Made by a program: the position numbers and the translations under genes | The notes under the pieces: model-generated | Databases searched by the model: none | Seen by the model: only the letters and a program-made list of their open reading frames with translations | Told to the model about the DNA's origin: nothing | Assembly: GCA_963662275.1 (NCBI GenBank) | Contig: OY759316.1 | Location: 3,328,001-3,392,000, forward strand | From: Candidatus Cloacimonadales bacterium | GTDB taxonomy: Bacteria; Cloacimonadota; Cloacimonadia; Cloacimonadales; DAONDQ01 | Reading direction: 5' to 3' | Length of the DNA stretch: 64,000 nt | In this document: positions 9,270-19,531 of the stretch, piece by piece | How the letters are laid out: every line of letters starts with the position of its first letter | How positions within the stretch are numbered: position 1 is the first letter of the stretch

Positions 9270-12200
9270 TTAGAATTGTATTTCCATCCATATACTTATA
9301 CTAAATGTTCGGAGTGATTCATTTTTCTTCAGATTTTTCTGCAATTCATAACTACTTGTTAATCCACCTTTGATATTCCTGTGAAACTGGTAGGTTGCCC
9401 CTGGTGTAATAGATATCTTCTGTGTACTCAAATTGACTACTGTTTCTCTGCCATAATTGACATTATAATCTTTTTGCCAACTTAAACCGATGCTGGAAGT
9501 CATTTCATTCTTAAATTGAATCTTCTTCTTTGAGAATGGAATATGAATACCTTTTTCAGCGGTGAAGGCATAGGAAAGATTACCTGATACAGATTGTGAA
9601 TTTGTTGTATTCCTAACTTTTGAAGAGGAAGATTGAATCGTTATATCTTCCGACTGGGATAAATTATAGGCAAGATTGGTGGTCATGTTATTCACCCAAT
9701 TGGCAGTCCAGGCAAGAAAAGGCTGCATCGATACTGTGCGAATAGTTTTCTCTGGTCTGTCTGATTCTTTATTACTCAAAGAATAATTGGATGTTAAACG
9801 TGAACTTGTTAGAATCTTTTGAGCGTGAAGATACTTCTGAAATTCACTGAGCGTAAGTGTTACATCAGGAAAAACAACCGTTGTAGATGTTTGACTGGAA
9901 TTCGCATAGCTTTTCTGAATTGACATAGTATATTTAATATCGGAATCAAGATTCGAAGTAAAAGCTATTCCGGAAGAAAGACCATAACTGTTATCGTAAT
10001 TACGGGAATTAAGTAGACTATCTGCAAGAGTATGAGGCAGACCCAATTGATACCAGAAATTAGGTCGATTATCTAAATATTGAAAACTTGTTGTATAACC
10101 GTTTTGGTATGTAGTAGCAAGATTTTTAATTTTTGAAAGATAAGAAAGGAATGAGCCAGCACTTAAAAAATCAGCTTGTGGATTTTCTGAAGAAACTTGG
10201 TCTTTCGGTTTCATCCGATTATCATTTTGATTTCCTTTTCCTTCCTGTTCAGCTTTATTCTTCTCTTCTTCTGTTTGATAAGTAAGCATTTCTTTTTGCT
10301 TTTTACGATCTTCTATAGATTTCTGATCCGATTCCTCAGAGTCAGTTACCTTGTTTTCCTGGGGTTGATCTTTACTTGTCTTTTCTGTTCCACGTTTTGT
10401 TTGTCTATTACTGTTTTCAATAGGTTTTACTGAAGGTATTTGATAGGGATTCCATCCAGCAGGTTTAACTTCTGGATACTGATCAATAGTAGTAACTGTA
10501 TTAATTGCAGATTCGGATACTGTTGATTTATTCAGCTTTTTTTGCTCTTGATGACTGATGACAATCCTCGCCCAGGAACTCAGTAGATCGGAATTTTTTA
10601 TAGTCATATTTGATCGAATAGCTCGATTCGTATTCCCGTCTCGCTTAAAATTCTCAACAGTGAGATTGTTTAGGTTTGAAGCATTGTTTTGCCTGAATGT
10701 CTCTGAGTATTTAGAATTTACATTAGTTGAAAAAGTAAGTAAATTATCTACATATCTTGGAGTATAATCCAGATTCACATCCTGTAGATGTTCTGATTCA
10801 ATGCCAATATTGATACTTTTCCGCATCTGTCTGATCATAAAATCACGCTTAGTTGTTAACCGGTAGGTTGTTGTCAAATCTGTGAGTATATCATACCCCA
10901 AACTGTTATCAGTTGTTAACTGCCTTGTATCTCTAGTTTGATCTCTCGGGTCCCACTGATTTGGATTAACCGTATTTTTCAGGTAACTTTTTGGAAAAGA
11001 GGCAAAATATGTAAAAGCATTATTAAAAGTCTTTGGCAAGAAGTAGAGAGCATAATCCTTTGAGAATTTAAGTGCAAACTTCTCCTTGGGAATATCAAGC
11101 CGATAATTATAGACTTCCCTATATGAAAGAGTAGTATCAGCAGTTGTTGGATCCAGGCGTTTGGTATATGTTATATTACCTGAAACAGCGGTATTCTTGA
11201 TAGTGTAAGCTAGAATTGCATTTTTGGGAGCTTTAAGTTGACTAAACCCAAGATCAGCAGAATAAGATGTTTGATGGCGTTCATCTCTTTCTTGGGTTTC
11301 TGTAGCTATATTCAGTTGATCGGAATATGCCCGGAATTTAGGTATACCCATTTGATATGCATATTTTAATGATAAGGGGATACTCAGACTCCAACTATCC
11401 GGCATAAACTTATGCAGGGAGTAATTATTACTAATATTTAGACTGGTTGTTTCTTCAAAGCTACCCGATAACGAACCGCTTCTCTGGCTTGTTGTACTAA
11501 AATAGGGAGACTGTTTAATAATTTCAACATCCAGAGTTGAAAAATCAGCAAAAGTCGTACTTATACTTGCCCTGCCAGCATAGCCAGCACCTACAATTGG
11601 ATCGCTGACCCTTATATCATCAAAATATATTGTACCGGTATATGGTTGGGATTGACTTCCTAGTGCCTCGACTCCAAGACTGATTTCCTTGATGTTATTC
11701 AAACTCGGATACTGATTAGAAGCCCCTACAAAAGCGAAAGTATAATTATCTTCCTGGATTTCACCCCTGGTAAGCTGAATATTTCCTAAATAAGGCTGGG
11801 TAATCTTGACATGTGAACTATCTGAACGAAGCATTGATAATTTTGAAAAAGGAAACTCCAGTGTTGTCCATTTACTTTGTTCCATCGTTGGAGTATAATA
11901 ACGTTCGACTTTTGTTTTATATCTAATTTCATAATAATGAGTAGAATCTGCTCCCATACGCATGATGATATTGATACTGTCAGGATTTTGATCAGCATTT
12001 TGCGCTTTTTCAGGATACAGTAAAAACTTGAGATTATTGTATGAAAGAAGATTAAAAGATTCCCGAAAGATCTGTTTCACTAATCCAAAATGAGTGGGTT
12101 GCAAATTCTTATAATCGATAATCAGACTCTGTTCCAACGCCGCTTTGGAATCCACTGTTTCAAATGTGCCTGCTGGAGATCGGTAATGGTTGTTATTTTG

Positions 12201-15200
12201 ATTATCGATGATTCCAACTAACATTTCTTCTTGGTACATCTCAATTGTAGAAACAGGAACGACTGTTTCATCAGGGTTACGGAGGCCTTTATCTTCCCAC
12301 TTATTACCAACAATATCAAGGTTTGCAAATTTGACACGAGTGGTCTTTTCCACTTCAAACCATATTCTGGCATAACTGATTTTTTGCAGGCTCGGATTTG
12401 TTGTTGTTGAATTCGTAACCACTCTCATGAAATTGGGATCATGCATGGGGATTCGATATAGTTTCCAACCATTCTGATTTGTATTGATCGGAGGATAAAG
12501 AGCTGGATTACTCAATGAAATCGTATATTCAAAGTACTGATCCAATACATCTAATGCACCATTTCCATTTAAATCTTCCGTATCTAATATTCCATTATGC
12601 TCAGTCCCATTAATATGCGGATAATCTCCAGTCGAAGCTTCCTGGTCACTACTGGCTATATCATTAGGATCGGCACCAAATGTACCATTGGGTTTACCAT
12701 CTAATCCTACATCCTCTCGTGAATCAAGAACACCATCCTTTGGTCCACCATTAGATCCGTCTTCTGTATTTGGTTTCCCGTTCTGTTCTCCAAAATCTGT
12801 ATAAAAATCCTCGCTGATGTTTCCCAGATCAACATGCATAACCACAGGTCCAGGTTCATCTGTACTCAAGGGATCAACTTTAACGAGAATCTCGATATAT
12901 TTCTTTTGGGATAAGTCAATCTGGTTGCCAATATACTTCATTAACCCACCCCAATAGGTAATATTTGATCCCGGCATACCTAATGGATTGGGTGACATTT
13001 TGACTGCCATCACAGTCACTTTATCCTTCTTTTCCTTTTCCGTCAGCGTAGAATCATTATAGACATCTTTTGCATAAACATCATCGGGATTGTACCAGAT
13101 TGTTTTAGCCTTAGCAAGATTGATTTGGGAAGGCTTACTTCCTGGAACCCAAGTCGAACGCATTACACCTAACGGAAATACGTCCAGGATTCCTTCCATA
13201 TCGTCTATGTAAGCTTCCTGTTTCTTCGTATTTGGATCCCCATAGAGATAAGGCAAACTCATCGCAATTTCACCACTTAACAAAATCTTGGAATCAGCAT
13301 TTGTCTTAATCATGGGTAATGCATCAATCATTCTGGTAACAAAAGCTGGTTGAACAGCAAATTGACCATCTACATCTGCCAGGATCAATCGCAGATTTTC
13401 ATTCCCTATCTTAGGATGTTTATCTGTAACAGATTCCGTTCTGTAGATGAATGTTCCCCCAATTTTTGTATTATCACTGATGATATAATCAGCTCTGACA
13501 CCCATTAGGGATTTTTTTTCTACTGCAAAACCACTTTTGAACTCATAATCTATCTCAACTTTATCTTGGGGATTTTTTCCTTTTGGAGTTAAGAATGTTA
13601 CTTCACCTAAATCATAATCCATCACATAATCTATGTTTTCTCGTAATTGTTCTCCATTAACTTTAACATGAACGCTACCTTTTAGAATACCAAACTGATT
13701 CAGAGCAATTCGTTCCCGTGCCACTTTTCCCTTATAATTAATTAGCATATGCGATTGATCTAAGAGAAGATACTCCGGTTCTTTGTTATAGATCAGATCT
13801 CCCAATGGCTCGAAGGGACGTAAAAAAGGAATTCGAATATATCCTTTTGCCAAATCTAAGGAGAGATCACCGTCACCCACAAAGTTATCACCATTCGTAT
13901 CCATATGCAAATAATCATTGTACCTGACTAATCCGTTTGTGACAATCGAATCAGGTACATTATAGTCTCGTTTCATGTTTGATTGAATGGTAAAAATATC
14001 CAGACGAAATCCCTCAGCCTGAACATTACTCTGACCAAGATCATACATATTTCTGACTTCATAATCCCAGGTATTATTTGGATTAGTAGGTTCATTTTCC
14101 TGATTCTTGGATCGAAGTACTCTGACATGAAGTTTGTCTGTGTTGGGGAAAGTTGCTGGTACTGCAACTTCATTGGCTTGAACGTATTTGACTGCTATGG
14201 TAAAATTGGATTCGATGGTTTTATAGAGAATAATGATCCCTTGATTATATGCATAATCAACATCATAATCAACGCCAGGCAATAATTCATCATACATTGG
14301 CGTATAAGTTACCCCTTGTGAATTAGTTACAGGGTCACCTTCAAGAGCATTGTTATCATTATTAGAATTAGCATCATCCATATATACAAATAGTGATTGA
14401 GCTTTTGGCAGCAGATCAGTATTGGCAACTAATGCTCCCCGATAAACCTTAATGGCATTATCAACCCATCCTGGGGGAACATGAGTGGTATCCTGGATAC
14501 TTGGATCTGTATTAATCAAGTCTCCAGCTTGGTATAAAGAATATAGTTCTTTGGGTTTAGCTATATAGTACATTTTGCGATTCACAAAAGATCTACTGGA
14601 AATATCAACTGAATCTGCCTGGGTAGATCCAGTAAAGGTTTTCTTATTCTTCTGTCCTTCTTCCTTACTCAGGATGGTTGTTAGTTCCAGATTACCAATT
14701 TTCATTTTTGATTTCACACCAAACAAACCTTGCGAAGATGCACTATAACTGATATATCTGGAACCACTCAGAGCAAGTGTAATATTTCCCATTTCCACGG
14801 ACTGGACGATTTCATCTTCATCGCCCTTATATTGAACATTGATATTATTTGGATTGAAGAGCTGTTCATCTTGATTCGAATTGTGGGTCAAACTCACAGT
14901 AATCTTATCACCAATGGTACCTTTCAGGCTCAGATTTAGATCCTGTCTCATAACAACATCGAAATTTGAACCTTTCATATTTTCGCCAACAAGATGATTT
15001 TGTGATTTCGTACTTGTCCCTGTAAAAGTTAATTTCTGGCTACCATCCAAACTCAATTTCCCTGCTTTGTTTCCCAAGAATTTGCGAACTGATTTTGGAA
15101 TTGCTATGTTCGGTAAATCAATGGTAATTTCAGGAATGATGCCTGCTGTACTGGAACGATTTGATATGCTGAACATATCCAATACAGTCTTTCGCATTTC

Positions 15201-15530
15201 AACATGATAAATTGCAGAACTTAAGTTGTTGAAATATTCATCAAAGGATAAAACCACAGCAGGATATAGCTGTATTTCACCAATTTGAGCAGTCAGCTTT
15301 ACATTTTGATTCTGATAATCTACTTTTTCTGTTGTCTTCGTGCCGAAATCAGTTACCATGTAGGGTGCTGCTTTCCTAAAGTTCAAGCCTTTATCCAACT
15401 TATAGTAGATAATCTTATTATCAACAACCGGAGAATAATCCCCGATATAAAGTAAAGGACTAAATGTCTCAGCAAATGCTAACATCCAGACAAATCCAAT
15501 TGCCAGGATTAGCAGGATTTTTTTATTCAT
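9270..15530 (-). CDS. sprA: SprA/Sov-like large outer-membrane translocon (type IX secretion)
   Basis: 2086 aa; signal peptide; LKGTIGDKITV..YKGDEDEIVQSVEMGNI..QGLFGVKSKMKIG, WGGLM, DLGNISEDF, DTEDLNGNG.LD, GWKLYRIP; beta-rich C-terminus ending in F. Confidence 0.88.
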   Translation of the reverse strand: MNKKILLILAIGFVWMLAFAETFSPLLYIGDYSPVVDNKIIYYKLDKGLNFRKAAPYMVTDFGTKTTEKVDYQNQNVKLTAQIGEIQLYPAVVLSFDEYFNNLSSAIYHVEMRKTVLDMFSISNRSSTAGIIPEITIDLPNIAIPKSVRKFLGNKAGKLSLDGSQKLTFTGTSTKSQNHLVGENMKGSNFDVVMRQDLNLSLKGTIGDKITVSLTHNSNQDEQLFNPNNINVQYKGDEDEIVQSVEMGNITLALSGSRYISYSASSQGLFGVKSKMKIGNLELTTILSKEEGQKNKKTFTGSTQADSVDISSRSFVNRKMYYIAKPKELYSLYQAGDLINTDPSIQDTTHVPPGWVDNAIKVYRGALVANTDLLPKAQSLFVYMDDANSNNDNNALEGDPVTNSQGVTYTPMYDELLPGVDYDVDYAYNQGIIILYKTIESNFTIAVKYVQANEVAVPATFPNTDKLHVRVLRSKNQENEPTNPNNTWDYEVRNMYDLGQSNVQAEGFRLDIFTIQSNMKRDYNVPDSIVTNGLVRYNDYLHMDTNGDNFVGDGDLSLDLAKGYIRIPFLRPFEPLGDLIYNKEPEYLLLDQSHMLINYKGKVARERIALNQFGILKGSVHVKVNGEQLRENIDYVMDYDLGEVTFLTPKGKNPQDKVEIDYEFKSGFAVEKKSLMGVRADYIISDNTKIGGTFIYRTESVTDKHPKIGNENLRLILADVDGQFAVQPAFVTRMIDALPMIKTNADSKILLSGEIAMSLPYLYGDPNTKKQEAYIDDMEGILDVFPLGVMRSTWVPGSKPSQINLAKAKTIWYNPDDVYAKDVYNDSTLTEKEKKDKVTVMAVKMSPNPLGMPGSNITYWGGLMKYIGNQIDLSQKKYIEILVKVDPLSTDEPGPVVMHVDLGNISEDFYTDFGEQNGKPNTEDGSNGGPKDGVLDSREDVGLDGKPNGTFGADPNDIASSDQEASTGDYPHINGTEHNGILDTEDLNGNGALDVLDQYFEYTISLSNPALYPPINTNQNGWKLYRIPMHDPNFMRVVTNSTTTNPSLQKISYARIWFEVEKTTRVKFANLDIVGNKWEDKGLRNPDETVVPVSTIEMYQEEMLVGIIDNQNNNHYRSPAGTFETVDSKAALEQSLIIDYKNLQPTHFGLVKQIFRESFNLLSYNNLKFLLYPEKAQNADQNPDSINIIMRMGADSTHYYEIRYKTKVERYYTPTMEQSKWTTLEFPFSKLSMLRSDSSHVKITQPYLGNIQLTRGEIQEDNYTFAFVGASNQYPSLNNIKEISLGVEALGSQSQPYTGTIYFDDIRVSDPIVGAGYAGRASISTTFADFSTLDVEIIKQSPYFSTTSQRSGSLSGSFEETTSLNISNNYSLHKFMPDSWSLSIPLSLKYAYQMGIPKFRAYSDQLNIATETQERDERHQTSYSADLGFSQLKAPKNAILAYTIKNTAVSGNITYTKRLDPTTADTTLSYREVYNYRLDIPKEKFALKFSKDYALYFLPKTFNNAFTYFASFPKSYLKNTVNPNQWDPRDQTRDTRQLTTDNSLGYDILTDLTTTYRLTTKRDFMIRQMRKSINIGIESEHLQDVNLDYTPRYVDNLLTFSTNVNSKYSETFRQNNASNLNNLTVENFKRDGNTNRAIRSNMTIKNSDLLSSWARIVISHQEQKKLNKSTVSESAINTVTTIDQYPEVKPAGWNPYQIPSVKPIENSNRQTKRGTEKTSKDQPQENKVTDSEESDQKSIEDRKKQKEMLTYQTEEEKNKAEQEGKGNQNDNRMKPKDQVSSENPQADFLSAGSFLSYLSKIKNLATTYQNGYTTSFQYLDNRPNFWYQLGLPHTLADSLLNSRNYDNSYGLSSGIAFTSNLDSDIKYTMSIQKSYANSSQTSTTVVFPDVTLTLSEFQKYLHAQKILTSSRLTSNYSLSNKESDRPEKTIRTVSMQPFLAWTANWVNNMTTNLAYNLSQSEDITIQSSSSKVRNTTNSQSVSGNLSYAFTAEKGIHIPFSKKKIQFKNEMTSSIGLSWQKDYNVNYGRETVVNLSTQKISITPGATYQFHRNIKGGLTSSYELQKNLKKNESLRTFSISIWMEIQF

Positions 15531-15570
15531 TACGTTCCTGTATTAAAGCGTAGAAAATCATTGCATACAA

Positions 15571-16362
15571 TTATGAGGTAGAATCCAGAGTACAACTTAT
15601 TCGATATAATCCTTCAAGAGTTAAAGTCTTATCGATTACATCAATTTCTCCGCACTCTTGACAAATCAAGGAAGAAATACCACCGGTTGCAATTGCCCTG
15701 ATCTCACCCAGAGAGGCATACTCCTGACGTATTTTCCGTATAAACCCATCCACCATCAGAGAATGACCCGTAACGATACCTGAAAGTAACCCTTCCTTAG
15801 TACTTGTTCCAATCGTTTTCTTCGGTGTCTCCAACTCAATCGAACTGAGCAGAGCTGCTGTATTGAAAAGAGTCGATGCCGATGTCATAACACCAGGTGC
15901 AATTACGGTTCCATAAAATGTTCCATCCTTTCCCACCAACTGGATAGTAGTAGCAGTACCAAAATCACAGATGATACAATTCGTTTGATACTTTTCTTTG
16001 GCAGTATATGCATTCACTACCAGATCAGCACCAATGAATGAAGGGTCAGGAACCAGGAATTTTAAACCTAACGGTGTTTTTGCATTTACGATAACCAGCT
16101 TGCATTGCAAGTACTTGTTGATCATATGCGTAAAAATTCGTGTCAGTTCAGGGACAACCGAAGCTAAAATACAATTGTGAAAATGCGCAATGTTTTGAGA
16201 AATACTCTCCTTTAGAGATTTGAATAAACTATAATACTCATCTGCTGTCTTAAGTGAATCCGAATGGAACCGCCAAGACTGGATAAGTTCACTCTCTTCA
16301 TAAATACCCATGACAATATGGGTATTTCCTATATCAATGACCAGAACGTATTTTTTATTCAT
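15571..16362 (-). CDS. coaX: Type III pantothenate kinase
   Basis: IDIGNTHIVMG, ASVVP, IGADLVVN, CDFGTATT, IATGG, LTLEGL. Confidence 0.95.
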   Translation of the reverse strand: MNKKYVLVIDIGNTHIVMGIYEESELIQSWRFHSDSLKTADEYYSLFKSLKESISQNIAHFHNCILASVVPELTRIFTHMINKYLQCKLVIVNAKTPLGLKFLVPDPSFIGADLVVNAYTAKEKYQTNCIICDFGTATTIQLVGKDGTFYGTVIAPGVMTSASTLFNTAALLSSIELETPKKTIGTSTKEGLLSGIVTGHSLMVDGFIRKIRQEYASLGEIRAIATGGISSLICQECGEIDVIDKTLTLEGLYRISCTLDSTS

Positions 16363-16452
16363 TGTAACGGAGTTTTATCATTTATTATTATGCGTCAAGA
16401 AGAATATTTAGGAGTTAAGAATTCGATGATGAAAATGATAAAAAAAACTGAC

Positions 16453-16529
16453 ACTTGTAACCTGTACCCTGTCACCTGTCACCTGTCACCTGTACCCTGT
16501 ACCCTGTACGCTGTATGCTGTATGCTGTC
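16453..16529. repeat. Degenerate heptamer tandem repeat, about 11 units
   Basis: (A/C)CCTGT(A/C) units grading into TGCTGTA in the divergent coaX/SGNH intergenic region. Confidence 0.85.
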
Positions 16530-16617
16530 CTCTTCCCCATCTTTTCCTTGCCAGATTCAGGGACAATTCATTTATTGCATTTCTCTTGAAACTATTATGG
16601 AGGCTTAACAACCACGT

Positions 16618-18057
16618 ATGAATGAAGATAGAAATTTTCAGAAACCCCTATGGCTAATGCTCTGTATTTTTATCATATTGCTCATTGTGGCATATTTGAT
16701 ACCTGCCTATAACCAGGGTAACTGGAAGATTAGAAAGCTCTTTCTATTTTCGGATATTACGAATAAACCTGATAATAATCAGAAACTCACTTTAGCCAGG
16801 ATATTTGGTTTACCAACCCAGACAAAGGTTGGAAAAAGCACTGCTGAATCGAAACCTGCAGTACCACTTGTAGATTCTGAATTAACACCTTTCTTTGAAG
16901 CATTGAAGCTTTGTGAGCAAAATGGGACGCCTGTAAGGATTGCCTATTTTGGTGATTCTATCATCGAAGGTGACTTAATCACACAATCACTCAGAAAAAA
17001 CCTGCAAACCCGCTTCGGTGGTTCAGGTGTTGGCTTTGTACCGATTACTTCCATTGTAGCGAATTTCAGGACAACGATCAAACACAGTTTTTCCAATGAA
17101 TGGTCTACCTTTTCACTCATGAATCCCAACCCCAATAGATATCCTATCGGCATGTCCGGTTATGTGAGTATGCCACTCTGGGAAAAAGTACAATTCAAAA
17201 CTACTGCTGCGCTAGATAGTTCCGGAACTACTCCCGTGCCGGTGGATACGGTTAAGACAATTAGCAGTCCTTATTGCTGGGTAAGATACAGAGGAAGCCC
17301 TGTTTCCAATCCGGATGCTTTATTTCATAGAATAAGACTGTTTTATAGTAATGCTCCTTCAGGGTATTCCATCCAAACAACACTCGGGAAACAACCGATA
17401 CAAAAGATTTCTCTATCTCCGGGAAAAGAATTACAATCTCTGGCATTGAATGTAAATACTCCCATTGAGAACATCGAAATGATATTTCCCAAATCAAATA
17501 GCCTTTGCGCTTATGGTATGAGTTTTGATTCTCCGCGCGGAGTGTATGTCGATAATTATGCTTTACGTGGATATTCAGGAATGTACTTTACTAACATCCC
17601 AAGAAATATCTTAGCTGGTTTTCAACAGCAAATGCATTACAATCTAATTGTTCTTCAATATGGTACTAATGTCTCCCAGGCTAGTGTCAGAGACTACAGT
17701 GCGTATCGTAATGGTATGATCAAATCAATCAGGTATTTGCAGGAGATATTCCCCGGAACCCCGATCCTTGTTATTTCTATTGGTGATAAAAGCATGAAAG
17801 TAGGCACAGAATACCAGACATCTCCTGATATTCCATACCTGGTTCAAGCCCAACAAGAAGTTACCCGAAAAACGAATACTGTTTTTTGGAATCTTTATGA
17901 GAATATGGGTGGATACAATTCTATGGTAACATGGGCAAATTCCACACCTCCCTTGGCTCAGCGAGATTATACCCACTTTAATTCCTATGGGACGAATAAA
18001 ATAGCGGGAATGCTAACCCAGTTCCTGATGAAACAATATGACAATATCAAACGCTAA
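16618..18057 (+). CDS. Membrane-anchored SGNH-family protein (putative periplasmic O-acetyltransferase/esterase)
   Basis: N-terminal TM; blocks FGDSII, QYGTN, DYTHF; first gene of the SGNH-SGNH-MBOAT operon. Confidence 0.8.
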   Translation: MNEDRNFQKPLWLMLCIFIILLIVAYLIPAYNQGNWKIRKLFLFSDITNKPDNNQKLTLARIFGLPTQTKVGKSTAESKPAVPLVDSELTPFFEALKLCEQNGTPVRIAYFGDSIIEGDLITQSLRKNLQTRFGGSGVGFVPITSIVANFRTTIKHSFSNEWSTFSLMNPNPNRYPIGMSGYVSMPLWEKVQFKTTAALDSSGTTPVPVDTVKTISSPYCWVRYRGSPVSNPDALFHRIRLFYSNAPSGYSIQTTLGKQPIQKISLSPGKELQSLALNVNTPIENIEMIFPKSNSLCAYGMSFDSPRGVYVDNYALRGYSGMYFTNIPRNILAGFQQQMHYNLIVLQYGTNVSQASVRDYSAYRNGMIKSIRYLQEIFPGTPILVISIGDKSMKVGTEYQTSPDIPYLVQAQQEVTRKTNTVFWNLYENMGGYNSMVTWANSTPPLAQRDYTHFNSYGTNKIAGMLTQFLMKQYDNIKR

Positions 18058-19531
18058 TCGTTTTGTAATTCAATCAGTTGCTTCTATCTTTTGCCTGTTG
18101 ATGTTGACAGGTTCTTCGTTTGCCGACTCTGATAAGCTGAATATTCAGAATAATACCAGTTTTTCCTTACAATCGGAAAAGGAAGCAGTAGCATCCAATT
18201 TCATTAAATTAACAATGAATCGAACTTCCTACTCATTTATCAGAAAAGACAAGAATATACTTCAAAATGATAGCTTAGGCATGTCTCGTTTTTATCAGAA
18301 ATTATTAGCATTAAGACAAGGAAAAATCGAGCATGTGAATATCGTTCAGATTGGTGATTCACATTTACAATCAGGTTTTACTCCCGATGAAGTAAGATCT
18401 GGCTTGCAGGATTTCTTTGGTGATAGTGGCAGAGGTTTAGTTTTTCCTTATAGAACTGTTGGCGCAAATGAACCTAATGATGTTCTTCTTACTACACAGG
18501 GTTGGGCAAAAGGAAATTCTTCAACAAAAACCTATACCGTTAGAAAAGGTGATACAAAATCAGGGATTGCACGTCGGTTCGGGAAAAGCACAAAATCATT
18601 GAATCGGCTAAATCCCGGTCTGGCTTCAAAGAAAACAATTAAACCCGGTCAGGTACTGATCATTAGTAACTCAACACAAAAGATTCCACCTGGGTTATGC
18701 GGTTATTCTTTGAGAACTTCTTCGAATTTAAATTCGATCACGGTGATTACAAAAACAATAGCGAATGCTTCTCAACAATTCAATATGCTTTCGCTTTTAA
18801 TGGATAGCACGGACAGGAAAATTTCAATAGAAGTCAGCGATAAAAATAATAAACTCCTGGTAAAATCTGTGATTGACCCTTTATCAAACGCAATGAATAG
18901 CGTTCCACTCGCCTGGTCTGATTCTGTGAATTCAGTGCAGATCAAAGTAAACAGTTTGAATGGTGCGAATCCAGGTGTCACTCTCTATGGTATAACTTTG
19001 GAGAGAAATGCCCCTGGCATCATGTATCATAGCATTGGTATTAGTGGTGCAGGATTTGTGAGATATAATCAGAATTTACGCTTTTTCAAACAACTGACGG
19101 TATTAAAACCGGATTTAGTCATTGTTTCGCTTGGGACAAACGATGCTATGGGTACATTTCGCTTAACTAGCTGTGAGCAGGATGCCCTGGAATTCCTTTC
19201 TAACATCCAGGAAGTATTACCCAATGCGGATATTTTACTTACAACACCGCCCAATACATATAAAGTATCTCGTAAAGGAAAAGTGGAAGTTTATGCAATC
19301 CCCCAGATCTGTGATATGATGAAGGATGTTTCGAATTTCAACGGCTTTGCCTGGTGGAACTTCTATGAAATTATGGGTGGACAAGGCTCAATGAAGAAAT
19401 GGGTTAGCAACGGCTTGGCTCAGTACGATCACAAACATTTCAGCGCAAACGGATATCGGGAACAGGGTTATCTGCTTCGTGATTCGATCCTGCAGGGGTA
19501 TGCTTCCTATGTGGCAAGACTGGCTAAATAA
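18038..19531 (+). CDS. SGNH/GDSL esterase with inserted LysM domain (Ape/PatB-like)
   Basis: IGDSHLQ, SLGTND, DHKHF; LysM YTVRKGDTKSGIARRFG..LNRLNP..IKPGQVLII. Confidence 0.85.
   Translation: MTISNANRFVIQSVASIFCLLMLTGSSFADSDKLNIQNNTSFSLQSEKEAVASNFIKLTMNRTSYSFIRKDKNILQNDSLGMSRFYQKLLALRQGKIEHVNIVQIGDSHLQSGFTPDEVRSGLQDFFGDSGRGLVFPYRTVGANEPNDVLLTTQGWAKGNSSTKTYTVRKGDTKSGIARRFGKSTKSLNRLNPGLASKKTIKPGQVLIISNSTQKIPPGLCGYSLRTSSNLNSITVITKTIANASQQFNMLSLLMDSTDRKISIEVSDKNNKLLVKSVIDPLSNAMNSVPLAWSDSVNSVQIKVNSLNGANPGVTLYGITLERNAPGIMYHSIGISGAGFVRYNQNLRFFKQLTVLKPDLVIVSLGTNDAMGTFRLTSCEQDALEFLSNIQEVLPNADILLTTPPNTYKVSRKGKVEVYAIPQICDMMKDVSNFNGFAWWNFYEIMGGQGSMKKWVSNGLAQYDHKHFSANGYREQGYLLRDSILQGYASYVARLAK

Noticed and set aside
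16264..16608. 114-aa ORF
   Set aside because: Overlaps the coaX start and translates the heptamer repeat; no credible protein features
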